Notes under the pieces: generated by a model | What the model was told of the DNA's origin: nothing | The model's database searches: none | What the model saw: only the letters and a program-made list of their open reading frames with translations | Position numbers and translations under genes: made by a program | Part shown: piece by piece, positions 36,678-50,792 of the stretch | Position numbering within the stretch: position 1 is the first letter of the stretch | Layout: each line of letters opens with the position of its first letter | Source of the DNA: Takakia lepidozioides | Lineage: Eukaryota > Plantae > Bryophyta | Assembly: GCA_030704615.1 (NCBI GenBank) | Contig: CM060731.1 | Coordinates: forward strand, 74,524,001-74,588,000 | Direction: 5' to 3' | Length of the DNA: 64,000 nt

Positions 36678-36827
36678 ATGTCCGGAAACATTGCTTCGAA
36701 CGCAGTGTCAGGGGGTTCCTCGGGAAGTGGGCGTAAAGGTAGGAAGCGTAAACATGCACATGAACGGGATAGTCAGGTCAACAAAAAAAACTATCCAAGC
36801 GCAGAGGCCACGAAGGTGGTGAAGCAA
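36678..36827 (+). other. Possible first coding exon with an NLS-like basic cluster; continuation not found
   Basis: MSGNIASNAVSGGSSGSGRKGRKRKH... begins ~70 bp after TATATAA and runs into a repeat array through candidate GT donors. Confidence 0.35.
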
Positions 36828-36849
36828 GTAGCACTAGTACAGATTAACG

Positions 36850-37500
36850 TTTTTATGACTATGGATATCACTGCATTTGCAGTGATAAGTGCTTTTACGA
36901 CTATCTCACTCTATAGTGACAAACACGAAGTCAGTTCTACCATGACTACGGAGTGATAAGTGCGAAGTCATGGTCGTCACTGAGGACGTGGCATGGGATA
37001 GTGATTCAAGATTTGGTGATGTAGTCATAACAGAAATAACTACACGACTGTAAGTTATGACTATATCACTACAGCATTGCGCCTACATGGAAAGACTTGT
37101 GCATTACACGTGGGATCCTTGGGATTTGACATGTGTGACCATATGGTACAGTGGACTACACGACTACACGACTACATGTCATGACTAACATGATAACTAC
37201 ATTACTACAGAAGTCCGCCTACATGGATAGTTGTCTACGTGACACACGTAATCCCTCTGCTATGACACGTGTCCAAATCGTGGGATGGAGTATAGTGATG
37301 TAGGCGTAACTTTATGACTACATGACTACATTGTGTGACTACACTGATGACTACATAACTACTCGGTACATCGCTGAGGATGACATGTGACACATTTCCT
37401 GAATACATGTATGACTACATTACTGTGGGTGTGACTATATCACTACAACACTACAGATGCCATGTGGTCTTGTTGGAGTATGTGTGAATGACACATGTAG
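36850..37500. repeat. Degenerate short-unit array (GACTAC / ATGACTA)
   Basis: Many dispersed GACTAC(A) units, for example GACTACACGACTACACGACTACA near 37150-37180. Confidence 0.75.
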
Positions 37501-40500
37501 GTCATGTAGATTTTAAATTTTGTTATATATTATTCAATTTCAAATGACTAATTTAAATAGTAAATTAAAGTAAATTAATATGAAATTTAAACAAACCATG
37601 TGGAGCTCTCATAAGCACAGCAATTGGCCCTCTATATCAAGACACACCCCCTCTGTAAGGAAGGAGAGCCTGCATTAATCTTCCAATGACCAAAGAGTGG
37701 ACCCCCAACCCTGCTGGCAGTTGCAAAGTGTGACAAAGAAAGATTCTACCACCAACCCTGTTGAATAGACTGACAGAAGCACCAATATCATACAGTCTGA
37801 AAGACAACTACAATCAAACATGCCATCCATAGAAACAGCAACACATCAATCACAACACACACATTCATGTGGTGTTCGAACCAGTCTTTGTATATAAATT
37901 CACAAAATATGCTTCATTGTTCAATCACAATGTCGCTAAACACTTACCTGGAAAAAACTAGATTCAACAGATACTGCTAGAAGTAAGGGCTTTATTGACA
38001 AACAAAGCAGTAGAACTTCCTAAACCTCATGTCTCAGTAGCTTCAAACTCCAAAGTGTGGTGCTTCCTGGGTAGAAGCATGGTACGGGCCATCCAAAAGC
38101 GGCAACTTGCAGTCCATAAAAAATGGACGGCATATGAAGTAAAAACATATGAAGTAGAAAACGCAGCACGCGGGAACGAAGTCGGAAAAAGTTGAATTTA
38201 TTGTAGCCGTTGATTGTTTTGTACATCAAGTTATTACCGTCGATTGGAGGTCGCCTTCATCGGGGGGTGGCTGGAAGATGGCTGGTCGCGTTGGGCTAGA
38301 CTGAAGCGCGGGGACGACGAGCTGCCATGTATGACGCGCGATGCGCAACTAGAAGCTAGCTAGGACGTACGAGTTGATTGGGATTGGGAATGTGAAGAGA
38401 TTGGGAAGAGATTGGGAATGTTTGATCACAAAAGTTTGCTTACCATTTTGTAAGATTTTTAGGGTTTAGCTTGTGATTGTTTCATCAACTCTACGCATGC
38501 GTGAAGTTCATTTCATTTCTGTGTTTCTATGGGCGCGGGTGGTGGTGGTAGCAGAGGAAGCGGGCGATGCGAGCAGAGCTTATAAAGTGCAACATTGTGT
38601 GTTGCTGCCATAGCAGCAGAGGCACGAGGGTAGAGGAGTAGAGGAGGAGCTTGGGCGGGGTGCTCGGGTGTGCCATCGCTGGAAAAGCACTTGATTGTTG
38701 CCTGACTCTACCCTTGGTAAGTTTCGTTCAAGTTCGTGGCCAGTCGATTTGGTGTGCGGCATATCTGGAATTAGGTTCCTGCAAGCATGAATGTTTCTGT
38801 CGTAGCGCCTGGAAAGAGATGGCAGATTGCCATCCAAATGATGATCATGACTAGTAACTTTCCACTTGAACTCTACAAGTACGAGCCACCGCTGCGATCT
38901 TTCACGCCTGATTCTATACTTCTTGCATTGTGCATTTGAACACAGGTGGTTAATTGCCTTTCTTGAATCTTGACAGTGATGCCTGTTTTGTTTATCATTC
39001 TCTATGGTGTGTTCTTGTTGGGTTGGTATTTCTCCATTTTTTCCCTGCCCAGAGAAGGATATACTTACGTCTTGTTAGTGAGTCTAGTTGAGCTAATTTT
39101 TGGAGCTACTGCTAGCAATTCATGTTGTAAAACCCTAAAATTTAGGCTGCACAGTCATTCATACATGACAGTTTGTATGTGACCATTACGGTGAGGGTAC
39201 CTGCACGATGATTGATCACAAAAGTCTGCTTACTATTACCTTTGTGAGGGGCTCACTCCAGTAGTTGGAGCTACCTTGATATAAACAATTGGTTGCATCA
39301 ATCTGTTGTGTCTGAGCTACCTAGCAATTAGACCCCAACAGGGCCAGGGCCTTAGGCTCAGAATCGATACTTTGAAAGTTAGTGAACAGAGGTGCAAGCA
39401 CTATACGGTCCTGAAGAGGGTGGCTCTCTGATGAGAATACCCGGGACACTGTTTTAGAAAATGGGTATTGCCTTCAGCGCGCCCACACATCGAGCATTGA
39501 CAATCTCCCTTTCCTGTCTGCATGTGTTATTTGTTCAAGAATTGACCCCCCGCCCTGGGTTAAATTGTAGTTTAATGCTGAGGATAGGTAGGCCTTTCAG
39601 CCTAAGGTTCACCCATGTCACAAACTGGAAACAAGTTCAGGGATGTTTATTCCTAACTTTTTTTGTTCAAGCATTATTCATGCTTCGGACGTGGCTTTAG
39701 ACACTTCAGCCTCCAAGTGAGCTTCATCCAGCAGGGTCAGTTCTTCCTGCCCAAACTTCAGGTACTTGAAACATCTCCTCTACATTTTTCTGCCATGACT
39801 TCAAACTGTTTAACAGGACGGTCTTGCTTCCAAGAAATAGAGTCTGTCATCTTAGGGTATCTGGTATTAGGCACTGAAAGCTGAATGGATTTTAAAGTTT
39901 TAGGCATGGTTGGAGTTGCTCTCTCACACGGCAATGCCTCCAAGGTAGGCCAACATGGTCGTTGTAACTTCAGTATTAATCCGTCTGCAGTGGAAACATT
40001 TGAGTGAGAATATCCAAAGTTTGTTTAGTTGTTTGACCTGTTTGTGTATGTTCATCACAGTTACAACTGGAGGAGAACTCCACAGCAAGATATGTGCTGG
40101 AAGGGAGCACACAATTGTGGCATTTAATGATCGTGGGAGGGATGAGGGGATCTGGCCTAATCTGCCTACCATGCAGACTTGTGAACTGTTGTCGCTGGCT
40201 GGTTTCAAGTGAGACTGCATGCCCTTTTTTGTCAAGTTGCATTTGTATATGGCTTGTACCAAATGTGGTCGTTGTTATAAAAGGGACGATATCAGCGAGG
40301 TAGGGGAAGAGTAGCAGATGTAGCATAGGTAGCTGAATGTAAAGTTTGTCACACTGGTAGTGGGTACCAAGTCCAGTCTATTCAAAAGTGAACAGACCCC
40401 TGAGTTTGTGTCACTTATCTTTGTTGTTATGACTTCAAACTACTCTCCAACGAGCTACCCTTTTTGTGTTATAGTGAGGGGGGCAAGTGGATCCCATTTT

Positions 40501-41474
40501 TGGAGACCTGGACAGTAACCTATTTTCTAGTGTGCAGAAGAAGGGCCCAACAGTGTGATTGTTGATTGCCAAGGAATTTTGAGTGTCTGTGTTGAAAATG
40601 TTGGTTTCTCTTGCTGCCATGTTAGTCCTTGAAGAATTTACATTTTACTATCCTCTGATTCCATCTGCTTGCCTGCATATGTTGTCACATTTGTGGGGCT
40701 ACTATTCAACAAGTTTCAGCTGTTTGTGCAGCTGATTTGCGGGATGGCAGGTGGCCTGCGGCTCTCCCTCACGCTACCTCCCACCACATCTTGCAAAAGC
40801 ATTACAGGTGTGGCACCCCCTTAGCTTTTGTGCAATCTGGTGTTCCCTACTCATATTTTCACTTTTATTGCGTACCTCATAGCCTATGTGGGGTAGAGGG
40901 GTAGAGTAGTCTCTTGTTGTTGTAGCACGTGACAACCCAGCTCATCCTTGCGTACCTAATTACCTAAACTGAACCATGACGCTAGATTGAAGGAACTTGT
41001 CCCTTCTGTCAATCATTGGTTGGGGATCGAAGAGGAATATGGCAATGCATATCATCAATATGTGAATGTTGATTCTCTGAAACTTCACCATGTGGGGGAA
41101 TATAGAATTTGAAACGTGTGGAAAGCAGGTTTGTCATCTATGTGGATCACTTGCACTTCTTGAAGGGGTAACTTGCGTTAACCAGAGACGATCCAGACTT
41201 GGCCTCTGATTGAAAAGGTAATTTCATGTCAGAATTAGTAGTATGGTTGTCATGAAGCTGGAAATGTCAGTAGGGTTTAGGGTTTGTTGGTTGTTGTTTT
41301 GTTTGTTGGTTCTCATGAAGCTGGAAATGTCGGTAGGGGTTGGTTTGTAGCTCCATCCTTGCCCCCTCATGTTGCTGTCTCCGTACATAACCAACCTGGA
41401 GTTGTAAAAAACTAGTTTAATGGGAATGTGGGGGGCTGGGAGTATGTAGGGCACTCAAGAAGCGGTTCAAAACA

Positions 41475-44400
41475 ATGGTGCAGTCGGGGAGTAAGTTACA
41501 GAATTCACCTACGAATGGGAAGAGTTCCAATGCAGCATCTGAAGAAGATATGGGCGAAAGAGGGGGGCACAAATCAGCAGATTACTTCAGGGATGTCCTC
41601 AAGCTGAATGCGACAGGCAAGAATCCCAAACAACTTCTCTTAGACAAAGACATCACCAAAGAACAATGTGCAAAGTTGTTTGGACAACCTGCAAACAAAA
41701 TGGCTACTTTTACATGGGTTGTACTGACAAGAGTATGATTCCCAAAATCGAGGACCTATGGAGTAAGGTTCATGGGTATGATTGTAAGCCAACCGGTGGT
41801 ATCATTGCAAACTTGATGGCAAGGGGCATTGTCTATGAAAAAAGGACTGGACAAAAACTCAATTGGGCAGCATACGCGGCATGGACAGCTAAGCAACAAG
41901 AAAGAATGAAGGAGCATCGAGAAGCAAAGGACCCTGGCAGCACAGACAGTAAGCCAAAGCTAGGAGTTTGTGAATTGAAAGACAGGCTACGCAAAACCCC
42001 AGGTAGAGGCAAAGAAGGACTGAAACAAACGCCTGAGCAAGTGATTGCAGAGATGGAAGGAAAAAACATGAGCAAGAGTATGTGGCAACTGCTCTAGCGA
42101 GTCTTCAGGAACTACATGATTTGAAGTATGAGGAGATGTGTGGGGCAAAGGAAGAGTTGGAGAGGTTAAAGAAAGGGAAGTTGGACTTGATGGAGAAGAC
42201 GCGGACTGTTCGGGTGCAAATGGAAGACAGACAATGGTGTCTTGCAGAGTGTCGGAACAAGATTGCAGACCTAGAGGCCAAACTCATCCACGAGGGTGCC
42301 ACAATCCGAGCCGGGGAAGAGACCTTAATGCAAAAAGGGGAAGAGAGTGTTGGGTTACTGAATTGTGGAAAGGGAAGACAGTCTGAGATGCAAAGGGAAC
42401 TTGACCAGAAGAAATCAATTGAAGCAGAATTTTGGCTCAATGCTGATAAGACCGAAAAAGAGTTCAATGCTTTGTGTGATGCAGGGGACCAGGAAGACAG
42501 GGACATTAGAGTGGCAGAGAATGTGGTCGATGTTGCTGACACAGAGAGGAGTCTTATCCAAGATCAGATTGAGGCCTTGACAAATGGGGACAAAGGACTC
42601 GTCATCTATCCTATGCCTATATGTCATCCTCAAGTGATCAAAGATAGTACGTCCATCAAGGATTTCCTGAAGGTCTCTCCTTGCCCTGTTTGCCACAAAG
42701 GTTTCCACTGTTGGGACATGGTGGTGGCATCTTGTAAGCACACTTACCATCCTGCTTGTATGGCATCCCATATGAAGACGTCAAACAGGTGTAGGGACTT
42801 CAGCTGTTCAGAGATCATGCATCCTGATTGGTGTTCTAGTTTTGGGTTTAGGATTCTTGACCCAGAGGTGCAGGCACTTGCGGAAAAGCTGAGAGTGGTT
42901 GAGCTGCGCCAAAGGTGGATGTCAAAGCAACTTCACGAAGCCAGGGTTAGAAACACCCAAGTTCCAGGTAAGATTGATTGCAACATTTCCATGTTTTCTT
43001 CTTCAGAAAACTTGTGTGGTCCAAGGCTGTACCTCTTCATGTCCAATCCTCAGGACTGTAGTCCCAAGATTGGACCTTCAACCCCTTCAACTGACTATGA
43101 GTCTGAATGTGGGACTGCAAATGTTATTATTTGTCCTTTTAGTGGAGTGAATCCTTACTGGGGAGTCCTTATTGAGGAGTGTCATTCTTAACTAGAATTC
43201 TGAGTCTTCAGTCATGTGGAGTGTGAGTCCAAGTGCTGACTCATGTGGAGTATGAGTCGATGTGGTTAGTCATGGGGAGTGTGAGTCCACTTGCTGACTA
43301 ATTATTGGGAGTATGAGTCCTTAATGATTTCCACTGATTTCCAGTTTGGAATCAGAGTCCTGTGGAGGGTCAGTCCATGTGCTTAATCATGTGGAGTGTG
43401 AGTCCAACTGCAAATAATGGATGTGGAATGCGAGTCCTTATTGAGGAGCTTGCTTCTCAACTTGGAATCTGAGTTATGGACCAGATGGAGTGTGAGTCCT
43501 AATTAGGGAGTGTGAATCTTGCTTGTAGTCCCACCATCAGCTGCATAGAACTTGGAAGTCTAATATGGGGGACAAAAAGTCCATTATGATGGACTGTGCA
43601 CTCCCCACATAATTATTGTAGTCCAACTGTTGGGACTTCGGCCAATGGTAAGGACTACAATGACTTGTCTGGACTCAAATTACAGTTAATGTTGTATTGG
43701 TAGACAGTAGGCACCAAGTGATAATTCAGCCTTCTCAAACCAGTTGTAATGGTGTAGGTGTGATAGCAGATGATGGCTTCATTGATGCCAACAAACGAAG
43801 ACCAGGACCTCCATCTCAGGCCACCACCAACTATAGCGCATTCACCACCAACTACAGTGGAGGCCAAAGTGGACATGGTGGTAGTGCTGTGAACCAAAAC
43901 TTCCCTCGAACTCCAAGCTCGTCAACTCTTCAAATGTCACCTTTGGGGCTGTCGCGGCCGGGGATCGTTGCACCAATTGTTGGTGATCCGTTGAACCCTG
44001 AGGTTGATGTCACACCTGATACCATCATGCAAGAGGTTTCAGCTTCAGGAAGGGTTATGTCAAGAAGTTCCTCATTCCTGGTTCTCCACCAAAAAGATTC
44101 CTGGATCTCCACTGCAGGCTGCATTTGTTCCAGAGATTGTCACGACACATACGCTACAAAGTACACATGAAGATGTTGTGGACTTGACAATCCCATCCAC
44201 TGTTGTTCCTCCTTATGTGGATGTGAAGGTTGAAAGAGATGGTGCCCAAAATACTGGACATGTGGCAACCCTCTCATCAGACTCAGAATTGGGGTCACAG
44301 GGATTTGAAACTGATGTTGGGGCCGACTCCCAGTCTGATTCTGATACAGTTGTGTTGCACAGTACCATAGGTGGAGGCCCCTCACAAGTTTCAGATCCTA

Positions 44401-45013
44401 TATTTCATGTCACTCCACCAGTTGCTACCTCCCTTGTTGCTCCGCCAATATCCATTCCCGCAATTCCAGCTCAATTGGATGGTGGTTCTCCATTACCTAT
44501 GGTAGTATATGTACCTCATGCCTTAGCAACAACCCCTCCGTTTGGACCAGTGTTGAACCCCCCAGCTGTAGCCCTTGTCAGTCCACATGTTCAAGCAACA
44601 GGGAAGCGTAAATGAGAACGAAAGAGATCTCGCAAGGCATTGAGTGCAGAGTATGCAAAGAAGCCCACCACTAGGGCGGATTCTAAGGTATCAATTGACA
44701 AGGATATGGACAAGTGCCCAGGTGAAAGTACCCCTCATCAAAGAGAGTTGTCGTGCACAAGCCCTTGGATACGAATGAAGACAACGATCTGAGCCACCAT
44801 GATAAGAGTAACTCAATCCCACGGGATGGTGTTGTGAAGGCCGCTCGGGCCCTGTTGTGAAGTCACTGAACACCGTGAAGACTCCTCCAACTTGACCACT
44901 CGGGGGCCTGTTGTCAAGTCCCTTAATACTGTCAAGACCCCACCTAACTTGAAGATGGATGCAGGTTCTTCTGGTGCAGGCCCTAAGAAGAAGAAAAGAA
45001 AACATATCAACTA
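41475..45013 (+). pseudogene. TE-associated gene: N-terminal NWA-motif domain, coiled coil, RING-H2 finger, intron, Ser/Pro-rich tail (frameshifted in this sequence)
   Basis: Overlapping ORFs 41475-41738, 41666-42097 and 42082-43191. RING-H2 CPVC-x13-CKHTYHPAC-x10-C-x4-C; donor CAG/GTAAG at ~42968; ORFs 43697-44170 and 44004-44615 follow. The 3' end is uncertain. Confidence 0.65.
43200..43560. repeat. Degenerate GTGGAGTGTGAGTCC array within the putative intron
   Basis: Repeated (CAT)GTGGAGT(G/A)TGAGTC(C) units. Confidence 0.8.
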
Positions 45014-47840
45014 GGTACAAGCTGAGTACTGTACACTTATGAGGACTTTACCACTCGCTGCTGTCATTGTGGGGACAGGTCTCGTCTCTTCATCAGTACT
45101 TGTTCATTTATGACATGGCCACTTTGGGAGGCAGGCACCAAGCAAAGGCTAGTCTTTCATTGATGGGGTAGAGGTTGGTGCCACGATATGTCAATGTTGA
45201 GCAGTTTAGAACTGGTAGAGGATGTGTTAGTTGTTACCATTAGGTGCCCAGCCAAGTCATGTGATGTGGATTTGCCCTTGTGGTTTCTCGAGTAGCTCAC
45301 AATGGACACATGACATGGATTGAGGGCATGCACATTACTGTTCTTTGTTCATTTTCTGCTGATAGGTATGCTGTTAAACTTGTGAGTAAGGCAGCAATAT
45401 CATGACAGTGGTTTTTGAAAACAATGCACTCTATTTTGCTATCTGTTTCTGATAGGAATTGCTAGAATACCTTTGTGCAGGCAGTCTACTGTTATTCATT
45501 CTATGTGAGAAAGATGCCTTTGAAAGGCCCATTGCTTTTCCTGCCTGTGCTACAATTCTCCAACATGCGTGGGTTTAACAGAGTCTGCGCCTGAAATTTG
45601 ACTAACTGGTGGATGGTATGGCTACATCCGGTTGCGTACCTCTATCCTCCTTTGCTTGACTCTGATAGTTCATTTACAAAACTGCAATTGAACACCAACA
45701 ATACAAGTCTCCATCTCTCAATGGTAATTAGTCTAGCCTTGGTGAAGATCCCTGGTATGGCGGACCGAAGCCTGGCCAACAGACAACATTCCCATCATTC
45801 CCCTCTCTACAGGAGACAAGCTGGTTCTGTACCCCAAGTCAGGACACTAATCAACTCACTAAACAGAATATACCTCAGTAACTAAGCAATCTACCTTCGC
45901 TCAATTGAGCACATAAATGTGATTTGTAGTGCTGCCTGCCTAATTCTTCAGAGAGTTTGATAGTATCTCTCAACTTCATCCAAGCCCAAAAATTACTTGT
46001 GTGTATGATTTAATGCATGCAGTTCAATATGCAAGGATGGCTTAACTTTGAAGAGGGAATCAAGACAGTATGATAGCAGGTCTACTGCTGTTCCACTTGA
46101 TTGTCCCACTGTGTTTGGAAGGCTGTTAGCAACTCAGACTAGAATGGCGCCCGGCTTCAGCGTGTTGAGGATCATGTGCCTTGAGGAACATGTGCCTTAT
46201 TTTTACAGCTATGATCTTCTCCACTTTCTTATTCAAAACGAGGGTGTGGAACTTTGAAAGGACCAGGAAGTATGACAAGTCGTAGGGTTTATGATGAGGT
46301 TTTGCCATATCTTCGTAGCCAGGCACCTTTGCCAACCAGTTGGTATGAGAAGGGGGAGGACAACAGATTGTGTGATCAGAGAGGAAGGCAGACACACTCC
46401 AAATAACAAGAAACCAATCACACAAAGAAAACCAGACACATTAAATTGAAATTCCCCGCCTTGTGAAGTGATACACCACAGCACTAGTGCGGGAATTCTA
46501 GTCACCAGGCACATTCAATTGAACAGTAACAAATTTGGCCACAGCCACAGCCTCTTCAGCCATAGCTTGCAAGATAGACTATAGATTATGAATTATAATC
46601 TGCGGCCAAATAACAAAGCTACATACATACAAATTCCGAAAACAATCTCTCACCTCACAAGCAACTTGTAATTCACATTGCTACATATTTGAGTTACATA
46701 ACCCCAGGGAGAATTGGACCCCATCCCGATAAGGGAAGTTGCCCGTCAACCATGGATTGGCCTGCAACATGCCATCTTAGCGATCTTCCATTGCTGCCAG
46801 AGCTTCATTGATGCCTTCCAATGCATCCGCAGACAAGGTGAAGACTGCATCCTTGCCTTTGACTCGATATGTCGCTCAAATTTGATAGCCCTCACCAAAT
46901 GCGAATACAGAAATGCCAAAGGCTGGTCAGATAGGAACTTGTAAGCCTTATCTCTTCTTCCACACAACTGGTAATATCTCCCTGCAACCACATGCTCGCC
47001 AGGGTCAAAAGTACTTCCCCACCCATCTGTGAATGTCTCCATAACAACGTGAACCGGCCTTTCACAATAGAGCAAGTAGAAGTCCACCCCTTCTGAGTTT
47101 CCAGCTTCAGCATTGCAGGCAAAATTGTCCCCTGCATCCAAGCAGGAGGCCAAGTCCTCCCCATCTCCCCCAAACTCTTGTTCTTCATCCCCTTCTTCTT
47201 CAATCTGCTTCCAGACAGCAGTTGTATTTGTAGGTTGCAGGGTTTGCAACTTCCATTTTTGTGCATGAGCAATACTGATGCAGTTGTCCCAATCAAGATC
47301 CAAACAATGCGGACAAAAACATGCTAAGTCTCGAACCATAAGTTTGGTTGGGTCTGACTTGTTCCTCCCAAGAATGGAATGTAAAGACCGAGTTCCAGGT
47401 ACGGTCTTGCAATCCCACTCTTGTGTACGGTCAACATCTTCTGTACGAACAAGCCAAAAATGTCTTTTCACTGCTGTTCTAATCTTAGAGTACGAAGAAG
47501 GAGGTCGGGTGGACAGGTTCTTGCGCAAAAAAGCTACTGCCTCAGCAGCATTTTGCAGCTTCACACCATTTGAGTTTAACTGCTCTGCTCGTAAAGCCCT
47601 CTTGATCACAGCACCAGCCCCATCGTGCTCACCTTTCCCGTGCCCTGATCCAAAAAAGTTCCACCACATTGTGCAACCCCCTGTGATGTGGGGGTACCTA
47701 CTAACAAAATACCAAGGACGAGCACCTTTAAACTGAGCAGCACAACCGTCACTCCATACCCAATGCGATTCAGGTCTGAACCCTGCTTCAGCAAGGTAAT
47801 TCCAATGAAACCGAAAGCAATGTTGTACGAACAGCGTGTC

Positions 47841-48883
47841 TGTCGCGCGGCTTTTACTCACCCATCCCTTCGCTATCCGAGGCGGAAACTCCAAGATAGA
47901 AGAGTTGGAAATCTCTAAGTACTCAGCCCGCGCAGAACAATCAGTCATGACCTACAGCTAGTGTATCATGGGGGTGTTTCCTATTTGTTTCCCTTTTCGC
48001 ATTCATCTTAGCTACCTTACCATTGATAATTACGTATTAGTTTCCTTCACTCCTCCATTCAATCCACAGCTTCACTCAGATCTCTCTACACAGTGTGATT
48101 GTATCGTATAAATATCAGATTATGATTTATCAGGTATCAGGCCGAAGCCATTGTATCTCTATTCTCCTCTACAATATCCCTACGGCTTTGCATCTAACAA
48201 GCATCTACTAATCCTCCTTCATCGTGCTCTCCGATCTCCGCTTCCGCCTGACTCCCAAGTCCTCCCCCGAAATGATCTCATCATAATCCCCGTTCTTCCC
48301 TTTATCCTCCTATCCGCGGTTCTAACCGTTTCCCTCTCTAACCGTCGTATGTGAACTAACATGTTCCCTTCTCTGGTGTTGTTCCCCACAGTCGTTCCCT
48401 GTCCTACTCTTCGTTCCCTATTATCGTGACAGCTGTGTCAAGCGGTGACTGGCTGTGTTTGGCTGTGTCGTGGACTGGCTGTGTGGCTATCGGGCTGTGA
48501 CTGGCTGTGTGGGTGTGTTGCTGTGACTGTGACGCTGTGACGACTGGCTGTGTGGGCTGTGTGACGGGCTGTGTGGTGTGACGGGTGTGTGTTGTGTGTG
48601 CCTGTGTCGGCTGTGTCGGCTGTGTCGGGCTGTGTGGGCTGTGTGGGCTGTGTCGGCTGTGTGGGCTGTGACGGCTGTGTGGGCTGTGTGGGCTGTGGGG
48701 CTGTGTCGGCTGTGTGGGCTGTGACGGCTGTGACGGCTGTGTGGGCTGTGTGGGTTGTGTAAACCCCCTTCTACAGTGCTCTGCTGTCACCCCTAAGGTT
48801 CCTGTTTGTCTCAGTCTGTGCAAAAATTAAGGGTACCCTACAGATCCCGTATAAGTGTCTAAGTCCCCTACAGTCCTCTAACA
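47841..48883 (-). repeat. 3' LTR (1043 bp) with internal GGCTGTG-type microsatellite array
   Basis: Near-identical to 57538-58613 and adjacent to the PPT. Confidence 0.96.
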
Positions 48884-48886
48884 TTT

Positions 48887-48900
48887 ACCCTTCCCCCCTC
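48887..48900 (-). promoter_or_regulatory. Polypurine tract
   Basis: GAGGGGGGAAGGGT on the minus strand, 3 nt before the 3' LTR. Confidence 0.9.
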
Positions 48901-49083
48901 AAAAAGCCGTGTCCTCACGGTTTACTGTTTTCGAGTAGCAAACCTTTGTGAGTGATCACTTTGTTGACGTTGAGAGTTTCGTGGTGGGCTGTGTGTACGA
49001 GCCCGAGGTCTGTCTCTGGTTGTGCTGCTAGTCCACCCTCACTGTGTGAAGAGCCTTGCTCTTCCATTGCAGTTGTTTCTGGC

Positions 49084-50320
49084 TCAACACTCCCATTTCC
49101 TTCCTTTCTTGTGCATTAAGTATGCCGAACTAAGGATTATTTGAGCAATGATTGGGCCAGACACTATGATAGGAGATTTTGCGCGTAGTACTTGTATCTT
49201 TTCATCTCCTCTACCAGTGCGTTGTACATTATGTCCGCCCATAGTACCTCTTGTCCCTTCAAGCCTTTGGATTTCCTCTGTGAAGGATTTGCTCAAATAT
49301 TGTTGGTTCTGTTTCAGGGCAATCAGAACGTTCAATACTTGGCTTATGTCTTTTAACCCTGGGTACACAGCTTTGGTACAAGCATAACCCTGAGTTTTAA
49401 AGAAACTCCCTTCTTGGAATAAATCCCCTATTTGCAGTCTTTCCTGTGTTCTTCCACATACACATGACCTGCTGGCAATTGAAACAATTGCTGGAGGTAT
49501 AGGGGAGTAATCATTAATTCAACTCCCTTCACCGTTGTTGTTCCTGTCTTTGGCTCAAAGTTCTGCAAAAATTGTAACATGTACTGTCTATGGTGTAGTG
49601 TCCAATCCTTGCTTTGCAATCCTTCCAATCTCAGCTCCTTCAGTATCTTTGTCGCCTGTGGGGTAGCCATCGTTTGTTTCTGCAGAATGGTGGTGCTCTT
49701 CACCCTGATTTCCTCCATTCCTCTCACTCTCTTCATCTTAGACTCACCGAACTGCTTTGGCTGTAACAACTGCAGGAGTGCCTGTAGTGCACAAAGCAGA
49801 AACGTATGGTTGCCGCAGAAAGCTATGGGTAACCTCTTGTAAGCCTGCGGGGCTTGCAAGCATTGTTCAAGAGAAAAGCTCTGCTCTTTCGTTTCGTGTC
49901 TCTGCCACTGCGTAAGTAATATTGCGAGCGTAATGTCTGTTAGTTCCTCCATAGTTTCCAAGTTATAGCATTTATGGCCTGTCCTGTCGAGACGCCCGTT
50001 ACTCTGAACGACGCCGCCTCTTGCGCTCAATTTCCCTCCATTTTCTTGATCATTTTTCTGGTTTTCTATTGGCTGTGGCCGCTGTGACTGGATTTTAACT
50101 TTTATCTTCTTTAGTGGACTTTCCCTGTTGGATAGTCCACTAGGATCACACATGCGACATGAATTCGGCTTTTCTGTACTTGCCGTTCGTTCTGTTTCCC
50201 TTTTTTCCGTAATCATTAATGGGTCCGCCTTTCATCCCTTTTGACGGCCGTTCTTGTCCTCTTTCTTTTTGACACCTGTCCTTGCACTTCATTCTCTGCT
50301 GTGTGTCGCACCCTGACCTC
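49084..50320 (-). CDS. Extra ORF downstream of integrase, same sense (core 49428-50216, frameshifted flanks)
   Basis: 262-aa ORF. MLQFLQNF...VKGVELMITPLYLQQLFQLP resembles the V.EFY.N...VRG....F.P..I...LGLP motif of plant transposon/Athila-type accessory ORFs. Confidence 0.6.
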
Positions 50321-50792
50321 ACGTGTCTATTTTTAAATTAATTTCCGTTTTCTTCTTCCTTCAGCCATTTTACTGAAGTTTTTATGTGTTGTTGATTCTA
50401 TGGATCGTGTAACTTTAGTAGGCTGTCTTGCTGTGATAGGCTGTGTTGCACTGTGGTAAGCTGTGATAGGCTGTGACACGCTGTGATAGGCTGTGTAAGT
50501 GTCACGCCTTGCTGGGCTGTGATATGTCACGTCGTGACGGGCTGTGGTAAGCAGCTGTGTCACGTCGTGATGGGCTGTGATAGGCTGTGTCACGCGTGGG
50601 CTGTTGAGGCATGTGCCTGTGATAGGCTGTGTCACGCCCTGTGTCACGTTGTTTTGCCCACCCGGTATATACTGGGCCTAGCGACAAGTGTTCCATACTC
50701 CGTTCGTAACACTGGTGCAGCCCGTGACTGCTCTTGCGGTTCAACATGCAAATCATGTTGCAGGGGTTTGTCATGGATACCACTGTACCCCT

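Noticed and set aside
46746-47948. 400-aa ORF as a complete gene
   Set aside because: Its first ~36 codons come from the Gypsy LTR; the rest is the C-terminal half of the split transposase.
48404-48823. TQP/HSP- and Cys/Val-rich ORFs here and at 58266-58553
   Set aside because: Translations of the LTR microsatellite.
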